The notes: a model not told the origin generated them from the letters alone. DNA of 38,980 nucleotides from Acidimicrobiales bacterium (GCA_035304465.1 DATGPY010000211.1:1-38980); one strand, 5' to 3'. Shown: positions 17,316 through 26,440, counted from the stretch's first letter. Program-made: numbers and translations.

Positions 17316-19625
17316 TCAGTCGCGGGGCGCGGTGACCGTGAGCGTGCGGGGCAGGTCGAGGCTCGACAGCCACGTCGCCACGTTGCCCTCGACCCGGGCC
17401 TCCCGGCTCGCCGCGCCGGCGCCGCCCTCGACGGTGACGGTGACCACGACGTCGTCGGGGTCGACGAACGGCTGCGCCGGCAGGTCGAGCCGGTACCGGC
17501 GACCGGTGATGGTGCCGACGAGGTCGAGCTCGATCTGGACCGACCCGCCCGGCGGGATGTCGACGAAGGTCGAGTACACGTTGCGGTCGAGCTCGCGCTC
17601 GGCCTGCACCATGGCCGGCTGGCCGTCGACCCGGGCCGCCTCCAGGTCGAACGGGCTGTACATGGAGACGTACGACCGGTTCGTGCCGTTCGGCAGGCCG
17701 ACCGAGTTGCCGATCACGTAGTCGGGAAGCCCCTCGGCGGGGGCGGTGTTCTCCAGCGAGACCCGCAGCGTCGCCCGGACCTCGCCGGTCTCCGGGTTCC
17801 AGTGCACGTCGTAGGCCTCGCTGCGGCGCAGGAAGACGTCGATCTTGCTCGCGCCGGCGTTCGTCGTCGTGAGCATGACCGAGTCGCTGTTGTCCGGCGG
17901 GGCGATGTAGCCGTTGACGCCGAAGCCGGTCAGCACGAGGGCACTGGTCTCGTCGAAGGTCGTGAACTGGATGTGCCCGCCGTCGACCACGGGGTCGAGG
18001 TGCTCGCTCAGCTTCCGGGGACTGGGCAGGTCGGCCTCGGTCAGGCGCTCGAAGGTCGTGCGGGCCACGTCCTCGAGCAGGTCGACGCGCTGCTCGTTGT
18101 CGTCGGCGAACTCGACGTACTGGTCGAACAGCAGGTACTGCTCGACGTTCTCGGAGGTGAGCGGCGCCGGCAGACCGTCGACGTGGACGTCGCCCGTGTA
18201 GCGCATGATGGCCGCCAGGCCGGCCGGGTCGACGGTCAGCACGCCGTCGATCGGCTGGCCGCCCGACTGGGGGTACAGCTCGGCCGCCACCCGGGCCAGG
18301 GTGACGAAGTCGGGCGTCATCGTGATGTTGCGCCAGGTGTTGGCGACGTCGAAGCGGCCGTAGCGGGCCACGAACTCGGGCGCCGACGTGATCTGGCGGG
18401 GCCCGCCGTCGAACTGCTCGAGCTCGGAGACGCGCCCGAACACCGGCATCGACAGCTTCCCGTCGTCGAGCACCAGCTCGGCGTAGTTGCCGGGGAAGCC
18501 GAAGCGGCCCCGGGCCTCGACCGGGGTGGTGAACAGCACGAGGTAGCGCTTGGGGCCGTCGGCGCCGAGCAGGTCGGGGGCGATGCTGACCGCGTGCACC
18601 GCGTACTGCGCGTCGGGCACGGCCTCCTCGACCCGCCGCTCGAGCTCGTCGATGCGCGAGGAGACGGCGTCGACCAGCCACGGCGAGCGGGCCTCGTCGA
18701 TCTCGTCCCGGAGGTTGACCACGGCGTCGCGCACCTCGGTCAGCGGGCCCTGCATGTCCCGCACCGCCTGGGGGTCGAGCCGGCCGCCGACGAACCGCAG
18801 CGCGTCGACGTCGGCCGAGGTGGCAGCCAGCGACGACACCCCCGCCACGTCGCTGGCCCGGGATGCGAGCGAGCTGACCGCGTCGATGTTGGGCCCGACG
18901 ACCGGCAGTGTCTTGGCCGGTGAGACGAACCAGCTCGACAGCGTGTCGTCGGCGCGGGCCAGCGACCGCGCCGCCTCGTCGAGCCGGGCGGCCGCCGTCT
19001 CGTCGTCCGCGTCGCGGGCCGCCTCGAGCCCGTCGTCGACGGCCCGCATCCCGTCGGCCAGGTCGTCGAGCACGGTCATGACGCCGATGACCGCGCCGAC
19101 GAGCATGAGCCCGACGATCCCGGAGAGGACGAGCGCCACCTTCCGCACGCGGGCCTTGACCCGGCGCCCCGCGTGGGCGTGGCCGGACACGACGACGGGC
19201 AGCACCGCCGCCGCGGTGATCAGGGCGGTGAGGCCGTGGAAGCCGATCGGCTCGGCCCGCAGGAGCCCGATGACCCCGAGGCCGACGACGAGCGCACCCC
19301 GGGCGCGGCTGCGAGTGTCCCGCAGCACCGAGACGAACGCGACGACCGTCGCCGCCGCAGCGCAGGCGAGCGCGAGGTCGTCGCCGGCGATCACCGCGGC
19401 GCCGGCCGGCACGAACCACGTCCACCGCCGGGCGGTGGCGCCGAAGAACGCGACCACCCCGACGAGCGCCCCGCTCCAGAAGGCGTCGGCCCGGGCGTAG
19501 CCGGTCGGCTCGGCCGTCGTGACGACGGCCGCCGCCAGGGCGACGGCCACGGTGGCGACACCGAACGCGACGGTGCGGGACCGGCGCGTCGCGAGCAGGG
19601 GGCGGCTGCGGACGGCGATGGACAT
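17316..19625 (-). CDS. DUF4012-domain membrane protein (cell-envelope polysaccharide associated)
   Basis: ATG at 19625 gives MSIAVRSRP; the track start at 19637 is a TTG. The protein has multiple N-terminal TMs, a coiled region, then KRYLVLFTTPVEARGRFGFPGNYAELVLDDGKL and PIDGVLTVDP, which match the DUF4012 core pattern. It lies directly downstream of the priming glycosyltransferase. Confidence 0.85.
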   Translation of the reverse strand: MSIAVRSRPLLATRRSRTVAFGVATVAVALAAAVVTTAEPTGYARADAFWSGALVGVVAFFGATARRWTWFVPAGAAVIAGDDLALACAAAATVVAFVSVLRDTRSRARGALVVGLGVIGLLRAEPIGFHGLTALITAAAVLPVVVSGHAHAGRRVKARVRKVALVLSGIVGLMLVGAVIGVMTVLDDLADGMRAVDDGLEAARDADDETAAARLDEAARSLARADDTLSSWFVSPAKTLPVVGPNIDAVSSLASRASDVAGVSSLAATSADVDALRFVGGRLDPQAVRDMQGPLTEVRDAVVNLRDEIDEARSPWLVDAVSSRIDELERRVEEAVPDAQYAVHAVSIAPDLLGADGPKRYLVLFTTPVEARGRFGFPGNYAELVLDDGKLSMPVFGRVSELEQFDGGPRQITSAPEFVARYGRFDVANTWRNITMTPDFVTLARVAAELYPQSGGQPIDGVLTVDPAGLAAIMRYTGDVHVDGLPAPLTSENVEQYLLFDQYVEFADDNEQRVDLLEDVARTTFERLTEADLPSPRKLSEHLDPVVDGGHIQFTTFDETSALVLTGFGVNGYIAPPDNSDSVMLTTTNAGASKIDVFLRRSEAYDVHWNPETGEVRATLRVSLENTAPAEGLPDYVIGNSVGLPNGTNRSYVSMYSPFDLEAARVDGQPAMVQAERELDRNVYSTFVDIPPGGSVQIELDLVGTITGRRYRLDLPAQPFVDPDDVVVTVTVEGGAGAASREARVEGNVATWLSSLDLPRTLTVTAPRD

Positions 19626-19688
19626 GGAAGGCGTCAATCTAGGCCAGGGGGTGCGGACGGCCGGAACCCGGCGCCGCCGACGGCACGC

Positions 19689-21197
19689 TCAGTAGGCACC
19701 GGCGCCGCGGACGACGGCCGAGAACGTGCGGGCGATGATCGTCAGGTCCATGGTCGGCGACCAGTGGTCGACGTAGTACAGGTCGAGCCGGACGGCCTCG
19801 TCCCACGGCAGGTCCGACCGGCCGCTCACCTGCCAGAGGCCGGTGATGCCGGGCTTGACCAGCAGCCGGCGGGTGACGTGCCGGTCGTAGTGCTCGACCT
19901 CGCTGGGCAGCGGCGGCCGGGGCCCGACGAGGGACATCTCCCCTCGCAGCACGTTGAGGATCTGCGGCAGCTCGTCGAGCGACCAGCGCCGGAGGAACCG
20001 CCCGGTGCGGGTGACGCGGGGGTCGGTGCGCAGCTTGAACAGCAGGCCGTCGGCCTCGTTGCGGTGCTCCAGCTCGGCGCGCAGCCGGTCGGCCCCCATC
20101 ACCATCGTGCGGAACTTGACGATCTCGAACCGCCGCCCGTCTCGCCCGACCCGGGCCTGCCGGTAGAAGACCGGGCCGGGGGTGTCGAGCTTGACCGCCA
20201 GGGCGACGACGGCGAACACCGGCGCGAGCACGACGAGGGCGAGGGCCGCCGCGGCCCGGTCGAACACCTCCTTGGCCACCCGCTGCGGGCCGCTGAAGGT
20301 GGGCTCCTCGACGTGCAGGAGCGACACGCCGGCGACCTCGCGGGTGACCGTCCGAGGACCGGCGACGTCCGCGATGGCGGGGGCGACGAGCACCTCGACG
20401 TCGCGGTCGCCGAGGCTGGAGACGACCGCCCGCAGCTCGCCCGGCTCGGACTCGGTGGTCACGGCCACCGCGTCGGCCCGGCTGCGGTCGACGGCCGCGG
20501 CCAGGTCGGCCACCGTGCCCACGACCGGCACGGAACGGGAGCCGATGGCCAGCGTGGGGCGGTCGCCGGGCGGCGCCTCGCCGTCGAGGCAGAGGCCGGC
20601 GACGTGGAACCCCGTCCACTCCGACCGCACGAGGTGCTGGCCGACCTCGACGACCGCCGAGGGCGTGCCGACGAGCAGCAGCCGGCGGACGTAGCGGCCG
20701 CGCCGGCGCTGGCCCTGCAGCCACAGCCGCAGCGCGTAGCGGCTGAGCAGCGTGAGCACGACGGCGACGGGGATGAGCACGCCGACGTAGCCCCGGGCGA
20801 TGACCAGGTGCCCGAGGAAGTGCGAGATGGCGACGACCGCCAGGAAGTGGACCCCGCCGTTGAGCACGCGCCGGTACTCGTCGGAGCCGACGCCGAGGAT
20901 GCGCCGGTCGTAGCAGCCGGCGAGGGCGAGCACGCCGAGCCAGACCGGCGCGGCCAGCAGCCCGACGAGGACGTAGGGGACGTTGGGGCCGGGGAGCAGC
21001 GCCGCCGAGACGCCGAAGCGCATCAGGTGGGCGATGACGAGGGACACCCCGATGGCGACGCAGTCGGCGACGACGTAGGTGGCCACCGGGGGCACGTGGG
21101 CGCTCCGGGCGTCCCCGACGCGCGCGGGCCCACCGTCCGTGGTCGTGGCCGGCGCGGACCGCTCCGGCCTGGTCCCCGCTACCCCCATCCCAGACAC
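19689..21197 (-). CDS. polyprenyl glycosylphosphotransferase (WbaP/EpsB-type priming sugar transferase)
   Basis: TM segments are followed by a C-terminal Bac_transf domain: LDTPGPVFYRQARVGRDGRRFEIVKFRTM, SLDELPQILNVLRGEMSLVGPRP, KPGITGLWQVSGRSDL. The start is GTG at 21197 or ATG at 21188. Confidence 0.9.
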   Translation of the reverse strand: MSGMGVAGTRPERSAPATTTDGGPARVGDARSAHVPPVATYVVADCVAIGVSLVIAHLMRFGVSAALLPGPNVPYVLVGLLAAPVWLGVLALAGCYDRRILGVGSDEYRRVLNGGVHFLAVVAISHFLGHLVIARGYVGVLIPVAVVLTLLSRYALRLWLQGQRRRGRYVRRLLLVGTPSAVVEVGQHLVRSEWTGFHVAGLCLDGEAPPGDRPTLAIGSRSVPVVGTVADLAAAVDRSRADAVAVTTESEPGELRAVVSSLGDRDVEVLVAPAIADVAGPRTVTREVAGVSLLHVEEPTFSGPQRVAKEVFDRAAAALALVVLAPVFAVVALAVKLDTPGPVFYRQARVGRDGRRFEIVKFRTMVMGADRLRAELEHRNEADGLLFKLRTDPRVTRTGRFLRRWSLDELPQILNVLRGEMSLVGPRPPLPSEVEHYDRHVTRRLLVKPGITGLWQVSGRSDLPWDEAVRLDLYYVDHWSPTMDLTIIARTFSAVVRGAGAY

Positions 21198-21224
21198 CTG
21201 CCCGGCAGCTTAGACCCCTGGTGG

Positions 21225-21260
21225 CGGCGCGCCCGGGCCGCGCCCGGCCCGGGGCGCCGG
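21225..21260 (-). terminator. GC-rich stem-loop downstream of the SDR gene (possible intrinsic terminator, no U-tract)
   Basis: CCCGGGCC (21232-21239) pairs with GGCCCGGG (21246-21253) across a 6-nt loop. Flanking GC pairs extend the stem with one bulge. It sits between the stop at 21266 and the next gene start. Confidence 0.3.
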
Positions 21261-21265
21261 CCGGC

Positions 21266-22048
21266 TCACTTCGGCTGCATGCGCACGCCGCCGTCGAGCC
21301 GGATGACCTCTGCGTTCATGTAGCTGTTGCCCAGCAGCTCGACGGCCAGCGAGGCGAACTCCTCGGGGACGCCGAGGCGCTTGGGGAACAGCACGTCCTT
21401 CTTCAGCTTCTCCTTGAAGGCCTCCGCGGCCTCGCCCTCGCCGTAGATCGGCGTGTCGATCAGGCCGGGGGCGATGCAGTTGACCCGCACGCCGACGGCG
21501 GCCAGGTCGCGGGCGACGGGGAGCGTCATGCCGACGACACCGCCCTTGGAGGCCGAGTAGGAGGCCTGGCCGATCTGGCCGTCGAAGGCGGCGACCGAGG
21601 CGACGGTGACGATGGCGCCGCGCTCGCCGTCGGCGAGCGGCTCGGTCTGCGACATGGCGGTGGCGGCCAGACGGATGCAGTTGAAGGTGCCGACGAGGTT
21701 GACCTCGACGACCTTCTGGAAGATGCCGAGGTCGTGGGCCGAGCTGTACTGGCCGTCCTTGCCGATGGTGCGGGTGGCCCAGCCGAACCCGGCCGCCGTC
21801 ACCAGCGCCCGCAGCGGCCCCATCTCCTTGGCGGCCTCGACGGCGGCGATGACCTGGTCGGTGTCGGTGACGTCGGTGGGTGCGAAGATGCCGCCGACCT
21901 CCTTCGCGAGCGCCTCGCCCTTCTCCTTCTGGCGCTCGAGGTCGGCGATGACGACCTTGGCGCCCCGGCCGGCGAGCGCCTTGACGGTGGCGGCGCCCAG
22001 CCCGGACGCACCGCCGGTGACGATGGCAGAGATCCCGTTGAGGTCCAT
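21266..22048 (-). CDS. SDR-family 3-hydroxyacyl-CoA dehydrogenase type-2-like oxidoreductase
   Basis: AIVTGGASGLGAATVKAL is the cofactor motif and ASYSASKGGVVGMT the catalytic Y-x3-K. The C-terminal RLDGGVRMQPK is typical of HSD10/FadB2-like SDRs. Confidence 0.9.
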   Translation of the reverse strand: MDLNGISAIVTGGASGLGAATVKALAGRGAKVVIADLERQKEKGEALAKEVGGIFAPTDVTDTDQVIAAVEAAKEMGPLRALVTAAGFGWATRTIGKDGQYSSAHDLGIFQKVVEVNLVGTFNCIRLAATAMSQTEPLADGERGAIVTVASVAAFDGQIGQASYSASKGGVVGMTLPVARDLAAVGVRVNCIAPGLIDTPIYGEGEAAEAFKEKLKKDVLFPKRLGVPEEFASLAVELLGNSYMNAEVIRLDGGVRMQPK

Positions 22049-22054
22049 GGCCGA

Positions 22055-22076
22055 ACTGTATTGACTCTGCGGTCAA
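22055..22076 (-). promoter_or_regulatory. -10 hexamer TACAGT placed for a leaderless transcript of the SDR gene, abutting the palindrome TTGAC-N6-GTCAA
   Basis: The minus strand reads TTGACCGCAGAGTCAA-TACAGT-TCGGCC-ATG. The 6-nt gap between the -10 and the ATG (22048) leaves no room for a Shine-Dalgarno. The palindrome arms are at 22061-22065 and 22072-22076. Confidence 0.4.
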
Positions 22077-22102
22077 GGTGGCGAACCCGGCGCGCCCCGC
22101 GG

Positions 22103-22885
22103 TCAGGCCCGCGGTGGGCGGCGGAAGAGCCACCCCGCCCACACCCGGGCAGCGGCGAGCAGGCCGACCGACCAGGCGACGGCCCACCACCCCGCGGTGC
22201 CGACGGCGGTGCCGGTGAGCAGCCCCCGCAGCGTGTCGACCACGGGCGTCGCCGGCTGGTGGTCGGCGACCCACCGCAGCCACGGGGACATGGCGTCGGT
22301 CGGGACGAAGGCGCTGCTGACGTAGGGCACGAACGACACGAGGAAGCTGAAGGCGCTGGCCGCCTCGACGCTGCGGGCCACGAGCCCGACCGCCGCCGAC
22401 ACCCAGGTGAGCGCCAGGACGACGAGCACGACGAGCCCGGCGGCCGCCGCCCACTCGAGCGGGGTGGCGTCGGGCCGGAACCCGAGGGCGAGGGCGACGC
22501 CGACGACGAGCGCGGTCGACACGAGGTTGCGGCAGAGGCTGGCGACGACGTGGCCGGTGAGCACCGCGGCGCTGCGGACGGGGAGCGTCCGGAACCGGTC
22601 GACGGTGCCGCCCAGCACGTCCTCGCACACGCCGACCGCTGTCGAGGACGCGCCGAAGCCGGCGCAGAGCAGGATCACCCCGGGCACGACGTAGTCGACG
22701 TAGCGGGTGCCGGCCGTGTCGATGGCCGTGCCGAAGACGTGCACGAACAGGACCATCACGAACACGGGCAGGGCGAGGGCCAGCACGAGGGCGTCGGGGT
22801 TCCGCCGGCTGTGGCGCAGGCCGCGGCCGACGAAGGTGAGCTCGGCCGCCAGGGGCGCCGGGCGGGGGCGCGTGGGGGTGCTCAC
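22103..22885 (-). CDS. ABC-2 type exporter permease (DrrB-like)
   Basis: GTG at 22885 overlaps the ATPase stop (GTGA). Translation begins VSTPTRPRPAPLAAELTFVGRGLRHSRRNPDALV.. and shows six hydrophobic segments. Only the C-terminal 260 codons of track ORF 22103..24196 look like protein. Confidence 0.85.
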   Translation of the reverse strand: MSTPTRPRPAPLAAELTFVGRGLRHSRRNPDALVLALALPVFVMVLFVHVFGTAIDTAGTRYVDYVVPGVILLCAGFGASSTAVGVCEDVLGGTVDRFRTLPVRSAAVLTGHVVASLCRNLVSTALVVGVALALGFRPDATPLEWAAAAGLVVLVVLALTWVSAAVGLVARSVEAASAFSFLVSFVPYVSSAFVPTDAMSPWLRWVADHQPATPVVDTLRGLLTGTAVGTAGWWAVAWSVGLLAAARVWAGWLFRRPPRA

Positions 22886-23871
22886 GGCGCCGCCACCGCC
22901 AGGTCGCCCGCCGGCCGACCGCCACCGGGTTCGGTCAGTACGAGGAAGACGTCGTCGAGCGACGGCCGGCGCGTGGTGACGTGCTCGGCGTGCACGCCGT
23001 GGGCCGCCAGGCGGTCGAGGACGTGCCGGACGTGGTCGCCCGAGCCGTCCGTCGGCACCTGCAGCACCCGGGGCTCCGCCGTCGCCGGCGGGCGGGCGCC
23101 GGCGACGGCGAGGGCCTCGGCCGCGGCGGCCCGGTCGGCCGCCGACGCGAAGGCCAGCTCGAGCAGCTCGGCACCCACCCACCGCTTGAGCTCGTCCGGC
23201 GTGCCCTCGGCGACGACGCGCCCGCCGCCGAGCACCGCCACCCGGTCGGCCAGACGGTCGGCCTCGTCGAGGATCTGGGTGGTGAGCAGGATGGTGGTGC
23301 CCCGGTCGCGGAGCTCGGCCACGAGCTGCCAGAGCCCGAGACGGCTGCGAGCGTCGAGCCCGGTGGTCGGCTCGTCGAGGTAGAGGATGCGGGGCCCGGC
23401 GACCAGGCTGGCGGCCAGGTCGAGCCGCCGCCGCATGCCGCCCGAGTAGGTGCCGGCCCGCCGCCCCGCGGCGTCCTCGAGGCCGAAGGTCGCGAGCAGC
23501 TCGTCGGCGCGTGCCCGGGCGGCCCGGCGGTCGAACCCCGCCAGCCGGGCCATCATCCGGAGGTTCTCGGCCCCGGTGAGCAGCTCGTCGACGGAGGTGT
23601 GCTGGCCGGTGACGCCGATGGCCCGGCGGACGCCCTGCGGGTCGCGCACGACGTCGTGGCCGCCGACGACGGCGGCGCCGGCGTCGGGCCGGAGCAGCGT
23701 GGCCAGGATGCGCACGAGCGTCGTCTTGCCGGCGCCGTTGGCACCGAGCAGCGCGTGGACGGTGCCGGGGGCGACGGCGAGGTCGACGCCGTCGAGCACG
23801 CGCCGGCGGCCGAAGGCCTTGCGGAGGCCGTCGACGCGGATCGCCGCGGGTGGGTCGCTGTGTGCTGCCAT
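22882..23871 (-). CDS. ABC transporter ATP-binding protein (DrrA-like)
   Basis: Walker A is GANGAGKTT, the ABC signature YSGGMRRRL and Walker B ILYLDEPTTGLD. A C-terminal DrrA-type extension is present, and a GGAGG lies 5 nt before the ATG. Confidence 0.95.
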   Translation of the reverse strand: MAAHSDPPAAIRVDGLRKAFGRRRVLDGVDLAVAPGTVHALLGANGAGKTTLVRILATLLRPDAGAAVVGGHDVVRDPQGVRRAIGVTGQHTSVDELLTGAENLRMMARLAGFDRRAARARADELLATFGLEDAAGRRAGTYSGGMRRRLDLAASLVAGPRILYLDEPTTGLDARSRLGLWQLVAELRDRGTTILLTTQILDEADRLADRVAVLGGGRVVAEGTPDELKRWVGAELLELAFASAADRAAAAEALAVAGARPPATAEPRVLQVPTDGSGDHVRHVLDRLAAHGVHAEHVTTRRPSLDDVFLVLTEPGGGRPAGDLAVAAP

Positions 23872-23898
23872 GGGTCCTCCATCCCGGCCACCACCGAG

Positions 23899-23941
23899 AA
23901 CTGCTTACGACATAAACTGCTGTGTACGATATAGACAGTTT
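23899..23941. promoter_or_regulatory. AT-rich divergent promoter/operator between the ABC exporter operon and tetR
   Basis: This is the only clearly AT-rich stretch in the window. AACTGCT is directly repeated (23899-23905 and 23915-23921). AAACTG (23914-23919) and CAGTTT (23936-23941) form an inverted repeat. TACGAT (23925-23930) is a -10-like hexamer in the tetR direction. Confidence 0.5.
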
Positions 23942-23980
23942 TCGACCGGTGGGCAACCCCCACCCGGCCGGCCCGCACCG

Positions 23981-24742
23981 ATGACCGACGAACCCGACCC
24001 CGAGGCCCTGCCGCCCGTCCTCGCCGTCGCCTGGCAGCGCACGCCGCCGCCCGCCCGCGGTCCGCGGCCCTCGCTCACCGTCGCGGCGATCGTGGGCGCG
24101 GCCGTCGAGATCGCCGACGAGGAGGGCATCGACGCCGTGTCGATGGCCCGGGTCGCGGGCCGGCTCGGCTACACGCCCATGGCGCTCTACCGCCACGTGC
24201 GATCGAAGGACGACCTCCTCGCACTCGCCCAGGACGCGGCCTTCGCCGACCCGCCGACCCTGGATGCCGCCGCGGGCTGGCGCCCCGGCCTGGAGGCGTG
24301 GACCCGGGCGCTGGCCGCCGCCTACCGGGCCCGCCCGTGGGTGCTCGACATCCCGATCGCCGGCCCGCCGTCACTCCCCCGGCAGGTCGCCTGGCTCGAC
24401 CGGGCGCTCGCGGTCCTGGAGGGCACACCGCTGCTCCCCCACGAGCGGCTCTCGGCCGCCCTCATGCTGTCCAACCACGCCCGCAGCTGGTCGATGCTCG
24501 CCCGCGACCTCGAGCGGAGCCGGGGGAGCACCGGCACCGGCCCGCCCGCGGGGACCGACGCGCTGCGCCTGGTCGCCGAGCTCGCCGCACCCGACCGCTT
24601 CCCCGCCGTCGGACCGGTCCTGCGCGACGTGCTCGCGGCGATCGAGGCCGGGGACGACGACGGCGAGGACGTCGCCGACGAGTTCGAGTTCGGCCTGCAG
24701 CGGATCCTCGACGGCCTCGACGCGCACATGCGCCGGGCGTGA
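23981..24742 (+). CDS. TetR-family transcriptional repressor
   Basis: An in-frame ATG at 23981 gives MTDEPDPEAL. The HTH is IVGAAVEIADEEGIDAVSMARVAGRLGYTPMALYRHVRSKDDLL, followed by a C-terminal ligand-binding domain. It is divergent from the ABC exporter. Confidence 0.9.
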   Translation: MTDEPDPEALPPVLAVAWQRTPPPARGPRPSLTVAAIVGAAVEIADEEGIDAVSMARVAGRLGYTPMALYRHVRSKDDLLALAQDAAFADPPTLDAAAGWRPGLEAWTRALAAAYRARPWVLDIPIAGPPSLPRQVAWLDRALAVLEGTPLLPHERLSAALMLSNHARSWSMLARDLERSRGSTGTGPPAGTDALRLVAELAAPDRFPAVGPVLRDVLAAIEAGDDDGEDVADEFEFGLQRILDGLDAHMRRA

Positions 24743-24758
24743 GGCCGCCGGCCCCTGC

Positions 24759-25400
24759 TCAGGCCGAGGGCGCCCCCGGCGGCAGGTCGGGCGGCGCGGC
24801 AGCGCCCGTCCCGGCCACCCACTCCTCCAGGTCGGCCTCGGGCTGGACCACGGCCATGACCATCCGGACCGGCTCCCGGCCGACGTTGGCGTAGGTGTGG
24901 GGCCGGTCGGCGTGGAACAGCACGGCCCCGCCGCCCGGCACGACGTGGGCCGAGCCGTCGACCTCCAGCGTCAGGTCCCCGGAGACCACGTGGACCAGCT
25001 CGCGGGTGCCGCCGGCGTGGGCCTCCGCGGCGTGCGCGTCGCCGGGCGCGAGCGTCCAGTGCCACAGCTCCAGGTGGTCGCGCTCGTCCGAGCCGACGAG
25101 CAGGTCGCCGAAGCTGCCCGCCTCGCTCTGCCAGAGGCGCACGACCTCGGCCGGCTGGACGACCCGCACGACCGGCGCCTCGTGCAGCTCCACCAGGGCG
25201 GCCAGCGACACGCCGAGGGTCTCGGCCACCTTGCACAGGGTGCCGAGGCTCGGGTTGGTGCGGGCCTGCTCGAGGTGCACGAGCATGCCCTTGCTCACGC
25301 CGCTGCGGGCGGCGAGCTGGTCGAAGCTCCACCCCCGGGCGGTCCGGAGGCGCCGGATGTTGCGAGCGACCGCCGTGGCGACGGCTTCAGCGGAGGGCAC
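24759..25400 (-). CDS. XRE-family HTH regulator with a C-terminal cupin domain
   Basis: GTG at 25400 gives VPSAEAVATAVARNIRRLRTARGWSFDQLAARSGVSKGMLVHLEQARTNPSLGTL (HTH_3). The cupin region is WHWTLAPGDAH..HAGGTRELVHVVSGDL..FHADRPHTYAN. Confidence 0.85.
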   Translation of the reverse strand: MPSAEAVATAVARNIRRLRTARGWSFDQLAARSGVSKGMLVHLEQARTNPSLGTLCKVAETLGVSLAALVELHEAPVVRVVQPAEVVRLWQSEAGSFGDLLVGSDERDHLELWHWTLAPGDAHAAEAHAGGTRELVHVVSGDLTLEVDGSAHVVPGGGAVLFHADRPHTYANVGREPVRMVMAVVQPEADLEEWVAGTGAAAPPDLPPGAPSA

Positions 25401-25437
25401 CGGCTCACTGTAGCAACCACTTGGATCACTCCAGCGA

Positions 25438-25457
25438 CCGGTCACTATGCTGACCGG
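25438..25457. promoter_or_regulatory. inverted repeat CCGGTCA-N6-TGACCGG in the XRE-cupin / EamA divergent intergenic region
   Basis: These are perfect 7-bp arms (25438-25444 and 25451-25457), read directly from the sequence. A further GGTCAC half-site follows at about 25461. This is a candidate operator. Confidence 0.35.
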
Positions 25458-25567
25458 GTCGGTCACTTCACCGATCCGCCGGAGGACGGGCGGGCCCGGC
25501 GGTGCCGACCGTGACCACCCGCGCGGGCGCCCGCCCCCGCGCCCGACCACCGCACGCAAGGGGACCC

Positions 25568-26401
25568 ATGGCCGCACTCCTCGCCCTCGGCGCCGCCGCC
25601 GCGTACGGCATCGGCGACTTCCTCGGCGGCGTCGCCGCGCGCCGGGCCGCCGCCTCGGCGGTCGTGCTGTGGTCGCACGTCGTCGGGCTCGTGCTCCTCG
25701 TCGTCCTCGCGCCCCTCGCCGGCGGTGAGCCGACCGGCCGGGGCCTCGCCGTCGGTGCCCTCGCCGGCCTCCTCGGCGGCGGCGGCGTCGCCCTCTTCTA
25801 CCGCGGGCTGGCCGTGGGGGCGATGAGCGTCGTCGCCCCGGTCGCCGCGCTCCTCTCCGCCGGCGTCCCGGTGGTCGCGGGCCTGGCCGCCGGCGAGCGG
25901 CCGGCCACCGCGGCCCTCGTCGGCATCGTGCTCGCGCTGGGGGCCGTCGTCCTCGTCTCCCGTGAGCCGCAGCAGCTCGGCGCCGGCCCGCTGCGCTGGC
26001 AGGCGCTCGCGCTCGCCCTGTCCTCGGGCGTCGCCTTCGGCCTGTTCTTCGTCGCGCTCGACCAGGCGGGCGACGGCGTCGGCGTCTGGCCGCTCGTCGG
26101 CGCCCGCGTCGCGTCGGTCGGCCTGTTCGTCGCGCTCGGCGTCGCCCGGGTGGTGTCGGCCTCGCCGCCCCGGGGCGCCGTCCGCCCGGCGGTGGGCTGC
26201 GGCGTGCTCGACGCCGGGGCCAACGTCCTCTACCTCGGGGCGCTCGGTCACGGGCTGCTGTCGGTCGTCTCGGTGCTGACCGCCCTCTACCCCGCCGGCA
26301 CCGTGCTCCTCGCCCGGTTCGTCCTCGGCGAGCGGCTGTCCGCGCTGCAGCGGTCCGGGCTGGCGATCGGGGCGGTCGCCGCCGTGCTCATCGCCCTCTG
26401 A
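25568..26401 (+). CDS. EamA/DMT-family transporter
   Basis: ATG at 25568 gives MAALLALGAAAAYGIGDFLGG. The protein has ten hydrophobic segments in a 5+5 layout and the Gly/Ala-rich helices typical of EamA repeats. Confidence 0.85.
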   Translation: MAALLALGAAAAYGIGDFLGGVAARRAAASAVVLWSHVVGLVLLVVLAPLAGGEPTGRGLAVGALAGLLGGGGVALFYRGLAVGAMSVVAPVAALLSAGVPVVAGLAAGERPATAALVGIVLALGAVVLVSREPQQLGAGPLRWQALALALSSGVAFGLFFVALDQAGDGVGVWPLVGARVASVGLFVALGVARVVSASPPRGAVRPAVGCGVLDAGANVLYLGALGHGLLSVVSVLTALYPAGTVLLARFVLGERLSALQRSGLAIGAVAAVLIAL

Positions 26402-26440
26402 CCGGCCGCGCCGCCGGCCGGCGGCGCGTACGCTGCGGCC

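Noticed and set aside
17275-21323. 716-aa ORFs 17275..19425 (-) and 19173..21323 (+), and 17802..18923 (+)
   Set aside because: They are shadow frames over the DUF4012 and sugar-transferase genes. They are Arg/Gly/Asp/His-rich with no motifs, whereas the chosen frames carry clear family signatures.
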